NCBI GenBank assembly: GCA_963764165.1
Contig: CAVXRD010000001.1
Coordinates: 1 to 64,000, forward strand
DNA: 64,000 nucleotides
Direction of reading: 5' to 3'
From: an uncultured Verrucomicrobiae bacterium
Lineage (GTDB): Bacteria; Verrucomicrobiota; Verrucomicrobiia; Limisphaerales; Palsa-1400
Positions within the stretch are counted from its first letter, which is position 1. Each line of letters opens with the position of its first letter. This document shows, piece by piece, positions 1 to 10,325 of this stretch. A program made the translations under genes and the position numbers. Below the pieces are notes generated by a model. The model saw only the letters and a list, made by a program, of their open reading frames with translations, had not been told where the DNA came from and searched no databases.

Positions 1-545
1 CCCGGCAGCAGCAGCAACAAAAAGAAATCCACCATTGAGCGCAGCGCCGTTTCGCTTTGGCCGACGCCAACACTTTCGATCAGCACGAGGTCGAATCCCG
101 CCGCCTCGCACAAGAGCATCGTTTCGCGCGTGCGCAGGGCGACGCCGCCTACGGTGTCGCCCGCTGGCGACGGGCGAATAAATGCCTTGGGATCGCGGCT
201 CAAATTTTCCATGCGCGTCTTGTCGCCGAGGATGCTGCCTCCAGAACGCTTGCTGGTGGGATCAATCGTCAACACCGCCAGTGAATGCCCCTGCCCTGTC
301 AAATAGCATCCGAAAGCCTCGATGAACGTGCTCTTTCCCACACCAGGCACGCCGGTAATGCCTAACCGGCGTGCCTTTCCAGTGTGCGGGAGCAGAGTCT
401 GCAAAACCTCCTGGGCCATCGCTTCGTGGCGGGGCGACTGGCTTTCAATCAGCGTAATGGCGCGGGAGAGCACGCTGCGATCCCCGGCTAAGACACCGGT
501 AACGTAGTCCTTCGGACTCCACGTTTTGGATGACGCTGATTGCAT
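1..545 (-). CDS. meaB: Methylmalonyl-CoA mutase-associated GTPase (MeaB/ArgK), runs off window start
   Basis: Manual translation from ATG at 545: [35 protein letters not shown]...[20 protein letters not shown] (P-loop). Lies directly downstream of the mutase. Absent from the ORF track because no stop codon falls in the window. Confidence 0.93.
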   Translation of the reverse strand, partial: MQSASSKTWSPKDYVTGVLAGDRSVLSRAITLIESQSPRHEAMAQEVLQTLLPHTGKARRLGITGVPGVGKSTFIEAFGCYLTGQGHSLAVLTIDPTSKRSGGSILGDKTRMENLSRDPKAFIRPSPAGDTVGGVALRTRETMLLCEAAGFDLVLIESVGVGQSETALRSMVDFFLLLLLP

Positions 546-548
546 GAA

Positions 549-2729
549 TCATGCGGCCAGGCGGGCGGCCAGTTGTGTCAATAATTCCTTCGCGGCGTCC
601 GGGATGCACGTTCCCGGGCCGAACACCGCCGCCGCGCCGTTTTCCTTGAGGAAATCGTAATCCTGCGGAGGAATGACTCCGCCAACCACGACCATGATGT
701 CGGGCCGTCCGACTTTTTTGAGTTCCTCGACCAATTGGACGAGCAGCGTTTTGTGTCCGCCAGCCAGCGAGCTGATGCCGACGATATGGACGTCGTTTTC
801 AGCGGCCATGCGGGCGGCTTCGTCGGGTTGCTGGAAGAGCGGGCCGATGTCCACATCGAAGCCGAGGTCGGCGTAGGCAGTAGCGATGATTTTCGCGCCG
901 CGATCGTGGCCATCCTGGCCCATCTTGGCGATGAGAATGCGCGGACGCCGTCCTTGTTTGCGGGCAAAATCGTCGGTCAGCCTGCGAACCTGCTCGATTT
1001 GCGGGTCTTGTCCGAATTCCGATTGATACACTCCGGACACAGTTCGAATCACAGCTTTATGCCTCCTGTAAACTTTCTCAAGCGCGAATGAAATTTCGCC
1101 CAGCGTGGCCCGGACGCGCGCGGCGTCAACGGCCAGCGCGAGAAGATTGCCGGTGTTGGACTCAGCGGCTTGCGTCAGCGCATCCAGCGCGGCTTGAACC
1201 TTGGCGCTGTCGCGCTCGGCGCGGATTTTTTGCAGGCGTTGAATTTGTGATTGACGCACGGCGGTGTTGTCCACTTCGCGGACGTCGAGCTTCTCGGCTT
1301 TTTCCAAGCGGAAGATATTCACGCCGACAATCGCCTCTTTGCCCGAGTCGATGCGGGCCTGGCGGCGGGCGGCGGCTTCTTCAATGCGCAATTTCGGCAA
1401 ACCCGTTTCGATGGCTTTGGCCATGCCGCCCAAACTCTCCACTTCCTGGATGTGCGCCCACGCGCGTTTCATCAGGGCTTGCGTGAGCGCTTCGACGTAA
1501 TACGACCCGCCCCACGGATCAATCACTTTGCAAATGCCGGTTTCCTCTTGCAGGAAAAGCTGCGTGTTGCGGGCGATGCGCGCCGAGAAATCCGTCGGCA
1601 ACGCGATGGCTTCGTCGAGCGAATTGGTATGGAGCGATTGCGTCTGGCCGAAAGCCGCGGCCATGGCTTCGAGGCAGGTGCGGGAAATGTTGTTGTACGG
1701 ATCCTGCTCCGTCAGCGACCAGCCGGATGTTTGCGAATGCGTGCGCAGCGCGAGCGATTTCGGATTCTTCGGATGGAACGGCGCGATGAGCTTCGCCCAC
1801 AACGCGCGGGCGGCGCGCATCTTCGCGATCTCCATGAAGAAATCTTTTCCCTGCGCCCAGAAAAACGAGAGGCGCGGCGCGAAAGCGTCAATATCAATTC
1901 CCGCCTTGATGCCGGTGCGGACATATTCCAAGCCATCCGCCAGCGTGTAGGCCATTTCCAAATCCGCTGTCGCTCCCGCTTCCTGCATGTGATAGCCGGA
2001 AATGGAAATCGAATTGAACTTCGGCATGTTCTTGGAGGTGAATTTGAAAATATCGGCGATGATGCGCATCGAAGGGGCGGGCGGATAAATGTAAGTGTTC
2101 CGCACCATGTATTCCTTCAAAATGTCGTTTTGAATGGTGCCGGAAAGCTGCTCAAGCTTCACTCCCTGCTCCTCGGCGGCGACGATGTAAAATGCCATCA
2201 CCGGCAGCACCGCGCCATTCATCGTCATCGAAACAGAAATGCGATCCAGCGGAATGGATTGGAAGAGAATCTTCATGTCCTCCACCGAGTTGACTGCCAC
2301 GCCCGCCTTGCCGACGTCGGCAATGGCGCGCGGATGATCGGAATCGTAGCCGCGGTGCGTGGGCAAATCGAACGCCACCGACAAGCCTTGCTGGCCGGCC
2401 GCGATGTTGCGGCGATAAAACGCGTTGCTTTCCTCCGCGGTCGAGAATCCCGCGTACTGGCGAACGGTCCACGGCTTTGTCACATACATGGATCCGTAAG
2501 GCCCGCGCAAAAAGGGCGCGATGCCGGGCATGCTCTGCAGATGTTCGCAATCGGCGAGATCGTCCGCGACATAGAGCGGGCGGATGTCCACGCCCTCAAG
2601 CGTTTTGTGGATGGCCTCGTCAAGCGATTCGCGGGCATCGGACTCGAAGTGGTTTCGCCAATCCTCGAAACTGGTGTGCTTCGGCTTGGATTCGAAGTCG
2701 ATTTTGGTGAAATCAGGATAGTTCTTCAT
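549..2729 (-). CDS. scpA: Methylmalonyl-CoA mutase, large (B12-binding) subunit
   Basis: 726 aa; [34 protein letters not shown], and B12-binding [10 protein letters not shown] motif. Confidence 0.97.
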   Translation of the reverse strand: MKNYPDFTKIDFESKPKHTSFEDWRNHFESDARESLDEAIHKTLEGVDIRPLYVADDLADCEHLQSMPGIAPFLRGPYGSMYVTKPWTVRQYAGFSTAEESNAFYRRNIAAGQQGLSVAFDLPTHRGYDSDHPRAIADVGKAGVAVNSVEDMKILFQSIPLDRISVSMTMNGAVLPVMAFYIVAAEEQGVKLEQLSGTIQNDILKEYMVRNTYIYPPAPSMRIIADIFKFTSKNMPKFNSISISGYHMQEAGATADLEMAYTLADGLEYVRTGIKAGIDIDAFAPRLSFFWAQGKDFFMEIAKMRAARALWAKLIAPFHPKNPKSLALRTHSQTSGWSLTEQDPYNNISRTCLEAMAAAFGQTQSLHTNSLDEAIALPTDFSARIARNTQLFLQEETGICKVIDPWGGSYYVEALTQALMKRAWAHIQEVESLGGMAKAIETGLPKLRIEEAAARRQARIDSGKEAIVGVNIFRLEKAEKLDVREVDNTAVRQSQIQRLQKIRAERDSAKVQAALDALTQAAESNTGNLLALAVDAARVRATLGEISFALEKVYRRHKAVIRTVSGVYQSEFGQDPQIEQVRRLTDDFARKQGRRPRILIAKMGQDGHDRGAKIIATAYADLGFDVDIGPLFQQPDEAARMAAENDVHIVGISSLAGGHKTLLVQLVEELKKVGRPDIMVVVGGVIPPQDYDFLKENGAAAVFGPGTCIPDAAKELLTQLAARLAA

Positions 2730-3505
2730 AGCGTCATTCCTAGTTTCGAATGAATGGTGTGGAGCAATGCCGCCGCGTCTGCGCGAATGTGAATGAATTC
2801 GTCAATGCCCGCTTTCTTGAAGCTTTCGAGTTGATCCTTCGGAAACCCGGCCAGCACGATTGTGGCATTCGGTTTGACGCTGCGAATGCCCTTCACAAGC
2901 GGTGGCACAAGCGCGGGATAATTTTCGTCCGTCGAACAAATCACCGCGACGTTCGCAGTCGATTTTGCGAAGGCGTCCACAGCGGCTTCGCTCGATTTGA
3001 AGCCTTCGGGGGAAACCACCTCGTAACCGCCAGCCGCGAAGAAGCCGCGCGAAAAGTCCGCGCGAGCTTTGTGGTCGCGAAGCGATCCCATGTTGAGCAG
3101 GAACACTTGCGGCGCGGCATGGCCGGCGGCCACATATTTATTGACAGCGCCGCGCAGGCGTTCGAAGGCGAGGGAGGCGCGCGTGATTTCCACTGGCGCG
3201 ACTGGAGCGCACGGATGATCGTGAATGCGAATGGCGCGGACAATTTCGCCCAGCGTCGCGCCGGCAACCACCGCCTCGACACATTCGGCAAACAAACCTT
3301 CGCCGCGAATGTTGACGATGTTCGACAGGCGCTTCAGCACCACTTCACTCTCGGGATCATCCATCGATGTGCGGTAATCCGCGATTTGCTGCGAGCGGCG
3401 CTTGTAAAATGAATTTGTATCCACCGCCGGAACTTCGAGCGGTTTCTCCCTGGTGTTGGCGTATTGATTGACGCCGACGATGGAATCGCGGCGACGCGAG
3501 GCGTT
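2726..3505 (-). pseudogene. mutA: Methylmalonyl-CoA mutase small subunit, C-terminal fragment (5'-truncated)
   Basis: Frame extends upstream of ORF 2726..3424 as NASRRRDSIVGVNQYAN. Contains GATLGEI, HKARADFSRGFF and VICSTDENY. In-frame TGA at about 3539-3541 and no N-terminal barrel. ATGA overlap with the large subunit. Confidence 0.85.
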
Positions 3506-3506
3506 G

Positions 3507-4106
3507 AGTATCGGGCAGGATCTGCACGACGGAATCTGTCAACAGCTCGCCGGCATAGAATTCAGATTGCAGGCGGTCGCGGAGAATACGCCCAGCAAAA
3601 GTCAGGCCGCCGAAGTGAGCCTCATCGCAGCCCGCGTCCGCGACGCCATTGCGCAGACACGTTCGCTGGCTCACGGTCTCGTTCCGGTCGTTCTGGAGTC
3701 AGAAGGTCTCATGTCGGCCCTGGCAAAATTGGCGGAAGACATCAGCCAGGCGTTCGGCGTCCGGTGCCAATTCAAGAATGAAACTCCCGTCCACGTCCAT
3801 AACAACGCCGCCGCCACGCATCTTTACCGAATCGCCCAGGAAGCGGTGGCAAATGCCATCAAGCACGGCAAAGCGAAATCGATAAAAATCCGCCTCGCCG
3901 CCGAGCCAAAAGGAATCGTCCTGACAATTCAGGACAATGGCGCGGGCCTGCCGCCGAATTCTGCCGCCAGCAAAGGAATGGGGCTGCACATCATGAAATA
4001 CCGCGCCGACATGATCGGGGCTCAAGTCGCGATCCAAACACAATCTTCAGGCGGAACCGCAGTCGTTTGTTCCCTGCCGCAAACCGCCGCCTCAAATCGA
4101 AAATGA
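3507..4106 (+). pseudogene. NarX/UhpB-type sensor histidine kinase, only HisKA_3 + HATPase domains (5'-truncated)
   Basis: Begins at the H-box IGQDLHDGICQQL; has YRIAQEAVANAIKH, IQDNGAG and GMGLHIMKYRA; no sensor domain or credible start. Confidence 0.85.
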
Positions 4107-4130
4107 CTTCGCGAAAGAAACCTTCGGCTA

Positions 4131-4953
4131 GGGCCTGTTAACACTAATTGACATTTTATAGGCGACAAGGCAAAATGGCTGGGTGGAGCTTACAGAGAGT
4201 CAATATCAGCGGGTTGCTGATTGTCTGCCGCGGCAGCGCGGCAACGTGAGCATGACCAATCTGCAACTTCTCAACGCCCTGCTCTATGTGGTGGAGCATG
4301 GGTGCAAATGGCGCGGCCTGCCAAAACATTTTGGCAACTGGCATACGATCTACACCCGCATGAACCGCTGGAGCAAAGCGGGCGTGCTGGATCGAGTCTT
4401 CGCCCGGCTCCAGCAGGAGCAAATCCTGGCGATCCGGATCGAGCAAGTCTGCTTGGACAGCACGACGATCAAGGTTCACCCCGACGGCACCGGGGCGCTA
4501 AAAAAAACGGCCCACAGGCCATCGGGCGCTCCCGAGGCGGTTGCACCACCAAAATTCATCTGGTTGCCGCGAATGCCCAGTGCGCCTTAATGCTCAAGCT
4601 TTCCCCCGGCCAGGCGGGGGACGCGCCGCAAGGACGCGAGCTTTTGCAGGCGGGCGGGCCGGTTCCGGCAGGGCTTCCACTCATCATGGACAGCGCCTAT
4701 GAAGGGGACGAGACTCTGCAACAGGCGCGGGAATTGGGCTACGCTCCAGTGGTTCCTCCTAACCCCCGACGCTTAAATCCGTGGGAGTATGACCAAACCC
4801 TTTACCGACGCCGCAATGAGATTGAACGGCTTTTTCGCCGACTCAAAAGCTACCGCCGAGTCTTCAGTCGCTTCGACAAATTGGATGCGTTGTACTCCGG
4901 ATTCGTCGTCCTCGCGCTCATCGTGGAGGCGTTACGTTAGTGTTAACAGGCCC
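4131..4953 (+). mobile_element. IS5-family insertion sequence (IS427-like group), about 823 bp
   Basis: Perfect 16-bp terminal IRs GGGCCTGTTAACACTA (4131-4146) and TAGTGTTAACAGGCCC (4938-4953). Flanked by duplicated TA (or CTAG if the IRs are taken as 15 bp). Confidence 0.95.
4183..4940 (+). CDS. IS5-family transposase, two ORFs joined by a probable -1 frameshift
   Basis: OrfA 4183..4590 (GCKWRGLPKHFGNWHTIYTRMNRW, CLDST) and OrfB (IGRSRGGCTTKIH, MDSAY, RNEIERLFRRLK) overlap at the A8 run at 4500-4507. Confidence 0.92.
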
Positions 4954-5608
4954 TAGGAAAAAAGTGCTTCTGGTGGATGACCACCCCATGACGCGGGAAG
5001 GCTTGGCCGCGCTGATAGCCCACCAGCCGGATCTTCAAGTTTGCGGCGAAGCTGGTGACGCGCGCGAAGCAATGGAAAAGATAGCATCTCTGAAACCTGA
5101 CATTGTCCTGAGCGATATTACCTTGCCCGGAAAAAACGGGTTGGAATTGATCAAGGACATTCAGGCGATGCACCCGCAGGTCCGGGTGCTGGTCATCTCG
5201 ATGCACGACGAGCTGCTGTACACGGAGCGGGTCTTGCGGGCCGGTGCGCGCGGTTACGTTATGAAACAGGAAGGAGGGAAAAAAATTGCCGAGGCCATCC
5301 GGCGCGTCTTGGACGGGCAAATTCACGTCAGCGAAAAAATGTCGTCAAAAATCCTGGAAATTTTCTCCGGGCGCCGCCCGGATTCGGCCGCCTCGCCGGT
5401 GGAAAATCTGACAGACCGTGAGTTCGAGGTGTTTCGGCTCATCGGCCAAGGGCTTGAAACCAAGCGAATGGCCGAGAAGCTTCACCTGAGCGCCAAAACC
5501 GTTGAGGTTCATCGCGCGAACATCAAGGCCAAGTTGGAACTGCACAGCATGTCTGAATTGATTCACTACGCTGTCCGCTGGGTCGAATCGGAAGGCGCAG
5601 GCCAATGA
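4940..5608 (+). CDS. NarL/LuxR-family response regulator; native 5' end (ATG 4103) separated by the IS
   Basis: LLVDDHP, PDIVLSDITLP, GARGYVMK, LTDREFEVF..TVEVHRANIKAKL. Removing the IS restores MTSRKKPSARKKVLLVDDHP with an ATGA overlap to the kinase. Confidence 0.92.
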   Translation: MLTGPRKKVLLVDDHPMTREGLAALIAHQPDLQVCGEAGDAREAMEKIASLKPDIVLSDITLPGKNGLELIKDIQAMHPQVRVLVISMHDELLYTERVLRAGARGYVMKQEGGKKIAEAIRRVLDGQIHVSEKMSSKILEIFSGRRPDSAASPVENLTDREFEVFRLIGQGLETKRMAEKLHLSAKTVEVHRANIKAKLELHSMSELIHYAVRWVESEGAGQ

Positions 5609-5635
5609 AGGATGCCATTTGCGCCTGCCGCCACC

Positions 5636-6550
5636 TCAAAACACTTCCGACTTCAATCCAGTCTCGACTTTAATGCGCTGGCTAATCGCGGCGAGGCTTG
5701 GAAGAGGAAGATGGCCGCATTCGGAATTTGGTGTGGGGCGCGTTGCAGAATAAATCTGAACCAGCGAAATCATCGCCCCGGCGTCTTTCAATTCGCGAAG
5801 GCGCTGGATGTATTGATCAATCTCCTCGTGCGGCGGCTCCTGACCGGCGATCAATGGAAATAGACTTTGGATAATGATCGGGCGCTTACGTCCGGTTAGC
5901 CTCGCATTGTCCATGACTTTATCCAGCGGGACTTCGCTGCGATTGACCCGATCCATATAAGCCTGCGTGCCGGCGTCGAGCTTGATCCAAATTTCATCGT
6001 CGCGGGTAAAATATCGGAGTCCCTCCTGGACCTGCGGCAAGTTCAGACCTGTGCCATTGGTGATGAGAACCATCTTGAAGAAAGGCAGCCCGCACGCCCG
6101 CACATGCACCACCGACTGCACGGCCTCGGCAAAATTCGCGCACAACGTCGGCTCGCCATCGCCACTGAAAGCGACGTGGCGCAGGCGAAGCAATTCCGGA
6201 CTGATGCTAATATAACCGGCGCATTGCCGAATTCCTCCCGATTGGATCAGCAACAGCGTCCTCTCCAATTCCGCCGCCATGACGGCCGTGTCCAGTTCGG
6301 TTTCAGTGGGCCGGACATTTCGATGCACCTCGCAATACACGCAATCAAAATTGCAAAGCTTGTCCGGGTTCATGTTGATGCCGAGGGAAAGCCCGCGCGC
6401 CCGCGGGGAAATCAGGACATAAACGAACCGATTGCCGAGAAAATTCCGTGGACAGCCGGAGGCCGTCTGGGACACGCGGCCCCCTTGCGGCTTCATCTCA
6501 TCAACTGCGCAATATTTTGCGGTCATTATTTGTTCCTCCAGCTTCGTCAT
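5636..6550 (-). CDS. Radical SAM protein (COG0731-like, function unknown)
   Basis: CNFDCVYC motif, FSGDGEPTL, LITNGT, IWIKLDAG. Confidence 0.85.
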   Translation of the reverse strand: MTKLEEQIMTAKYCAVDEMKPQGGRVSQTASGCPRNFLGNRFVYVLISPRARGLSLGINMNPDKLCNFDCVYCEVHRNVRPTETELDTAVMAAELERTLLLIQSGGIRQCAGYISISPELLRLRHVAFSGDGEPTLCANFAEAVQSVVHVRACGLPFFKMVLITNGTGLNLPQVQEGLRYFTRDDEIWIKLDAGTQAYMDRVNRSEVPLDKVMDNARLTGRKRPIIIQSLFPLIAGQEPPHEEIDQYIQRLRELKDAGAMISLVQIYSATRPTPNSECGHLPLPSLAAISQRIKVETGLKSEVF

Positions 6551-6852
6551 GCTCGACTCACTCTGACATAATGCCCCGAAGCCTCTACCCCGTCCTTGTC
6601 TATTGCTGACTACATTTTGCCCGGCAGCAAATGCCGCCCTTTTCGCCTGGCGGCCAAATCCGCGAACTAATCACCAAAAAGCCACGAGCCAAACCGAACA
6701 CCAGGGTTCAAATGGTTAAGGCAAATCCAAGGAATCAGAATTCAAGACAGATGAGTTTTTTGTCCATACGACGGCCCCACGGAGAATCGGCCCTGAAAAA
6801 AGGAACATCCTTTCTCTCTGTCGCGTTAGCCAACGCAACTCCCGAGTCGAAT

Positions 6853-7803
6853 TTACAGCAACTGAGCAGCCACTCGTCCGCCCAATGCAAAAGCTTCTCT
6901 CAATGGCGCCCGCCCCTCGGCGTGGCGGGGCACCCCGGTTAGGAATGATACCGCTCGCAGGCAAAGCTCTTCGCCGTCAACCTGCGCGTGCGCGCCGATC
7001 GGCGTCTGGCAACCGCCGCCCATAGCGCTGAGCAGAGCCCGTTCGGCGGTCACGCATTGGAAGGTTTCGTCATCGTTCAGTCGCGCGCATATCTCGGCCA
7101 TGCGTTCATTGTCCGCCCGAATTTCCAGGCCGATCGCGCCCTGGCCCACGCAAGGCAGCATCTCGTCCGTGTCAAGAATTGTGACGGCCAGGCCGGTGGG
7201 GGCGTCGCGGCCTTTTAATTCACCAGCGGCGGTAATCTGGATATGGAGCCGGCCCAAACCTGCGGTGGCCAGGATGGTGGCGTCTATTTCAGGCTGGCCA
7301 GCCAGCTTTCGCAGCCGTGTGGAGACGTTGCCGCGAATTTCGATCACATTGAAATCCGGACGTCGCGCCAGAATTTGCGCTTTGCGTCGTGTGCTGCTGG
7401 TGGCAATGGTCATGCCCGGCGGAAAATCAGCCAGTCTCGTGTTGGGCTTGAAAGCATCGCGATAGATAAGAACGTCGCGAACATCCGCACGCTTCCCGGC
7501 GACCGCCGCGAGAAGCAAGCCGTCGGGCAGTTGAGTCGGCAGATCCTTCAGGCTGTGAACGGCGACCGCCGCTTCGCTTTTGAGCAGGGCGATCTCCAGT
7601 TCCTTGGTGAACAGGCCGCGCGGCAGGCTGGCGTCAATGCGCGACATGGAAGCGGATTGCAATTTGTCGCCGGTGGTCTTGATGATTTTAAGGGCAAAAG
7701 CGAGCTTGGGAAATTTTGCGCGACAATCCGCCAGGACCATGTTCGCCTGGGCGAGGGCCAGCGCGCTGCCGCGCGTTGCAATGAGGACGGGCGAGTCGAT
7801 CAT
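6853..7803 (-). CDS. hemC: Hydroxymethylbilane synthase (porphobilinogen deaminase)
   Basis: ATRGSALALAQA, GLFTKELE, VHSLKDLP, IRGNVSTRL, GGGCQTPIG. Confidence 0.96.
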   Translation of the reverse strand: MIDSPVLIATRGSALALAQANMVLADCRAKFPKLAFALKIIKTTGDKLQSASMSRIDASLPRGLFTKELEIALLKSEAAVAVHSLKDLPTQLPDGLLLAAVAGKRADVRDVLIYRDAFKPNTRLADFPPGMTIATSSTRRKAQILARRPDFNVIEIRGNVSTRLRKLAGQPEIDATILATAGLGRLHIQITAAGELKGRDAPTGLAVTILDTDEMLPCVGQGAIGLEIRADNERMAEICARLNDDETFQCVTAERALLSAMGGGCQTPIGAHAQVDGEELCLRAVSFLTGVPRHAEGRAPLREAFALGGRVAAQLL

Positions 7804-7965
7804 TATTTAAGATAATTCGGGGGATTGTTGCCGCAAGCAGAATCCGGTTAAGTGGTGTTTTTGCGACTAAACAAAATATGCTTAATCAATGGCAAGATAC
7901 GCCCTTCTCCAAACTTCACCACGCGCTATTCTGCACTCGTTATCTAAACCTGCTTCAATTTGCTG

Positions 7966-9042
7966 ATGAAAACAAAAAATCATATTGTGGTTCTGGCCGC
8001 CAGCTTCTTCGCAGCGGCCGTGGGCGCTTTGGCTGCGGACGATGTTCAGACTTATTCGGTCCCAAAGGGGCATCCGCCCATCGTTCAAACTCCCGCAGCC
8101 GCGCCTGGCGCCACCGAGCTCGAAATTAGTGCGGCGCCCATCCGATGGACGACGCCCGGCGAATGGCAAGAACTCCCGGCCACGAGTGTGCGCATTGGCA
8201 ACTTCGTTGTGCCCGGCAAGGGTGACAAAAAGGCAGAGGTGGCCATCACATCCTTTCCCGGCAAAGTGGGTACGGAATTGGACAACGTTAACCGCTGGCG
8301 TCGTGAGATAGGGTTGAAACCGGTGGAGGAAAGCAGCATCTCATCGCAGGCTGTCAGTATCGATTCCCATGATGGAAAGCTATACGATTTCTCTGGGGCA
8401 TCAGCTAACACCGTGGTTGTCTTGCTGCCTCGCGAGGGCGCCACCTGGTTTTTCAAATTGCGCGGCGACAAAGAGACAGTTAATGGATCGAAGGCTTCCT
8501 TTCTAGCTTTCTTAAGGTCAGTTCGTTTCAGCGGGGAGGCCGAGCATAAGCCGATGGCAACTTTGGAAGCAATGCCCTCTGATCCGCACGCCGGCGCCAT
8601 ACCAGCCATTGACAACGCTGATGGCGAACCCAAATGGAATCCCCCCTCCACCTGGAACCCCAATCAACCTGGCCCGATGATTGTTAAGAGCTTTTCCGTG
8701 CCGGGCGATCAAGGTCGGAAGGCAAACGTTGCCGTTAGCGTCTTCCCCGGCGATTTCGGCGGCGCGTTTGCGAATGTAAATCGGTGGCGCGCCCAGATGG
8801 GACTCGCCGCGATTAAGCAAACCGAACTTTCCAAAACAACTCAGCCACTGCAAGTCGCGGGCACCGCGGCGATTTTGGTGGATTTGAGCAATCCAAACAG
8901 TCCAGCGCGCCTGGTGGCGGCCATCGTCCCGCAAGGAGACAGAACTTGGTTCTATAAACTTGTCGGGGATGAATCGGTGGTGGCTAAGGAAAAGGATGGC
9001 TTTGTGAAATTTGTGCAAACGGTTCACTACCCTGAGCCATGA
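7966..9042 (+). CDS. Secreted protein with two tandem copies of an uncharacterised domain; first gene of the ccs operon
   Basis: Signal peptide; NVNRWR(R/A).(I/M)GL and TWF(F/Y)KL.GD each occur twice; ATGA overlap with the ResB-like gene. Confidence 0.8.
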   Translation: MKTKNHIVVLAASFFAAAVGALAADDVQTYSVPKGHPPIVQTPAAAPGATELEISAAPIRWTTPGEWQELPATSVRIGNFVVPGKGDKKAEVAITSFPGKVGTELDNVNRWRREIGLKPVEESSISSQAVSIDSHDGKLYDFSGASANTVVVLLPREGATWFFKLRGDKETVNGSKASFLAFLRSVRFSGEAEHKPMATLEAMPSDPHAGAIPAIDNADGEPKWNPPSTWNPNQPGPMIVKSFSVPGDQGRKANVAVSVFPGDFGGAFANVNRWRAQMGLAAIKQTELSKTTQPLQVAGTAAILVDLSNPNSPARLVAAIVPQGDRTWFYKLVGDESVVAKEKDGFVKFVQTVHYPEP

Positions 9043-10325
9043 TTAATCGCTTCGCCAAACTCTTCAGTTCGCTGCGGCTCACCATCGTGTGCCTGGGCCT
9101 TGCGCTCGTCTTGGTGTTCGCCGGCACGCTGGCCCAGGTGCGCCTGGGTCTCTACGTGGTGCAATCGGAATTCTTCCGCAGTTTCTTCATCTATTGGACG
9201 CCAGAAGGAAGCCATTGGAAAATCCCGGTTTTCCCGGGAGGCTGGACGATTGGGGTGGTTCTGGTGGTCAATCTCCTCGCCGCTCACATTCAAAGGTTCC
9301 ATTTCAGCCGCCGAAAAATCGGCCTCTTCCTTGTACACGCGGGCTTGATTCTTTTGTTAGCCGGTTTTTTTCTGACCGAAATTTTCCAAGTGGAAAGCCA
9401 GATGCGCATCGAGGTGGGTGAATCAAAAAGCTATGCCGAGGACAGCCGCCGCAATGAACTGGTCGTGATCGATGTTACCAATCCCGACCGCGATGACGTG
9501 GTCGCAATTCCGCAATCAGCCTTGGCACAGGGCGGGGAGATTCATCCTCCGGGCCTGCCCTTTGTGTTGCGTGTCAAACATTTCCTGCCCAATTCACTTC
9601 CGGCCGGCCCCATGTCCGGCGGCGGCGAAAAACTGAAGGCCGCCAACGGCATCGGCCAAAGATTGCTCTTCACTGCCGCGCCACCGGCGGGCCGGATGGA
9701 CGACGAAAATAAGCCCGCGGCGCTGATTGAGGTCGTGGCCGACAACAAGGCCATTGGCGAATGGACGGTTTCGACCTGGCTGACCAAGCGGCCATGGTCT
9801 TCGGAGTTGCAGGCACAATTTGGGGAACTTTTGGGTGTGCCGATTGAGGCGGCTCAGGGATTCGCATGGGCGGGCCATAATTACGAAATCGCCCTCCGCC
9901 CCGTTCGCTATTACAAGCCTTACAGCATCACATTGTTGGAATTCAAGCACGACGTCTATGCAGGCACAGACATTCCGAGCAATTTTTCCAGTAGAATTCA
10001 CTTGAGCGATCCGAAGCATGGCGAGGATCGCGATGTGCTGATTCGAATGAACAGCCCGTTGCGCTACGGTGGCGAAACCTATTATCAGGCCAGCTTTGAG
10101 CCGGGCGACAAGGTTTCGATTTTGCAGGTGGTGCATAACCCCGCTGCGGCCACCCCTTACGTGGCTTGCGCCCTCATTTGCGTCGGATTGCTGGCGCAGT
10201 TTCTCACGCACTTGTTTGGTTTTGCCAGGAGGGGCGCGAGCCCATCGCAGCTTGTCCCAGCCCGGTCAGAGGTCCCTGCGCACTTGGTGGAGCCTATGAT
10301 CGAGGCGGAAAGGAGTGAAGCATGA
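9039..10325 (+). CDS. ccsB: ResB/CcsB-like cytochrome c biogenesis protein (System II)
   Basis: FSSLRLTIVCL..GTLAQ, GLFLVHAGLILLL, IRMNSPLRYGGETYYQASF; adjacent to ccsA. Confidence 0.85.
   Translation: MINRFAKLFSSLRLTIVCLGLALVLVFAGTLAQVRLGLYVVQSEFFRSFFIYWTPEGSHWKIPVFPGGWTIGVVLVVNLLAAHIQRFHFSRRKIGLFLVHAGLILLLAGFFLTEIFQVESQMRIEVGESKSYAEDSRRNELVVIDVTNPDRDDVVAIPQSALAQGGEIHPPGLPFVLRVKHFLPNSLPAGPMSGGGEKLKAANGIGQRLLFTAAPPAGRMDDENKPAALIEVVADNKAIGEWTVSTWLTKRPWSSELQAQFGELLGVPIEAAQGFAWAGHNYEIALRPVRYYKPYSITLLEFKHDVYAGTDIPSNFSSRIHLSDPKHGEDRDVLIRMNSPLRYGGETYYQASFEPGDKVSILQVVHNPAAATPYVACALICVGLLAQFLTHLFGFARRGASPSQLVPARSEVPAHLVEPMIEAERSEA

Noticed and set aside
1251..2753. 500-aa plus-strand ORF (and similar long antisense ORFs at 19303..20277, 35674..37116, 38453..39658)
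   Set aside because: Shadow ORFs opposite well-recognised genes in GC-rich DNA; no motifs
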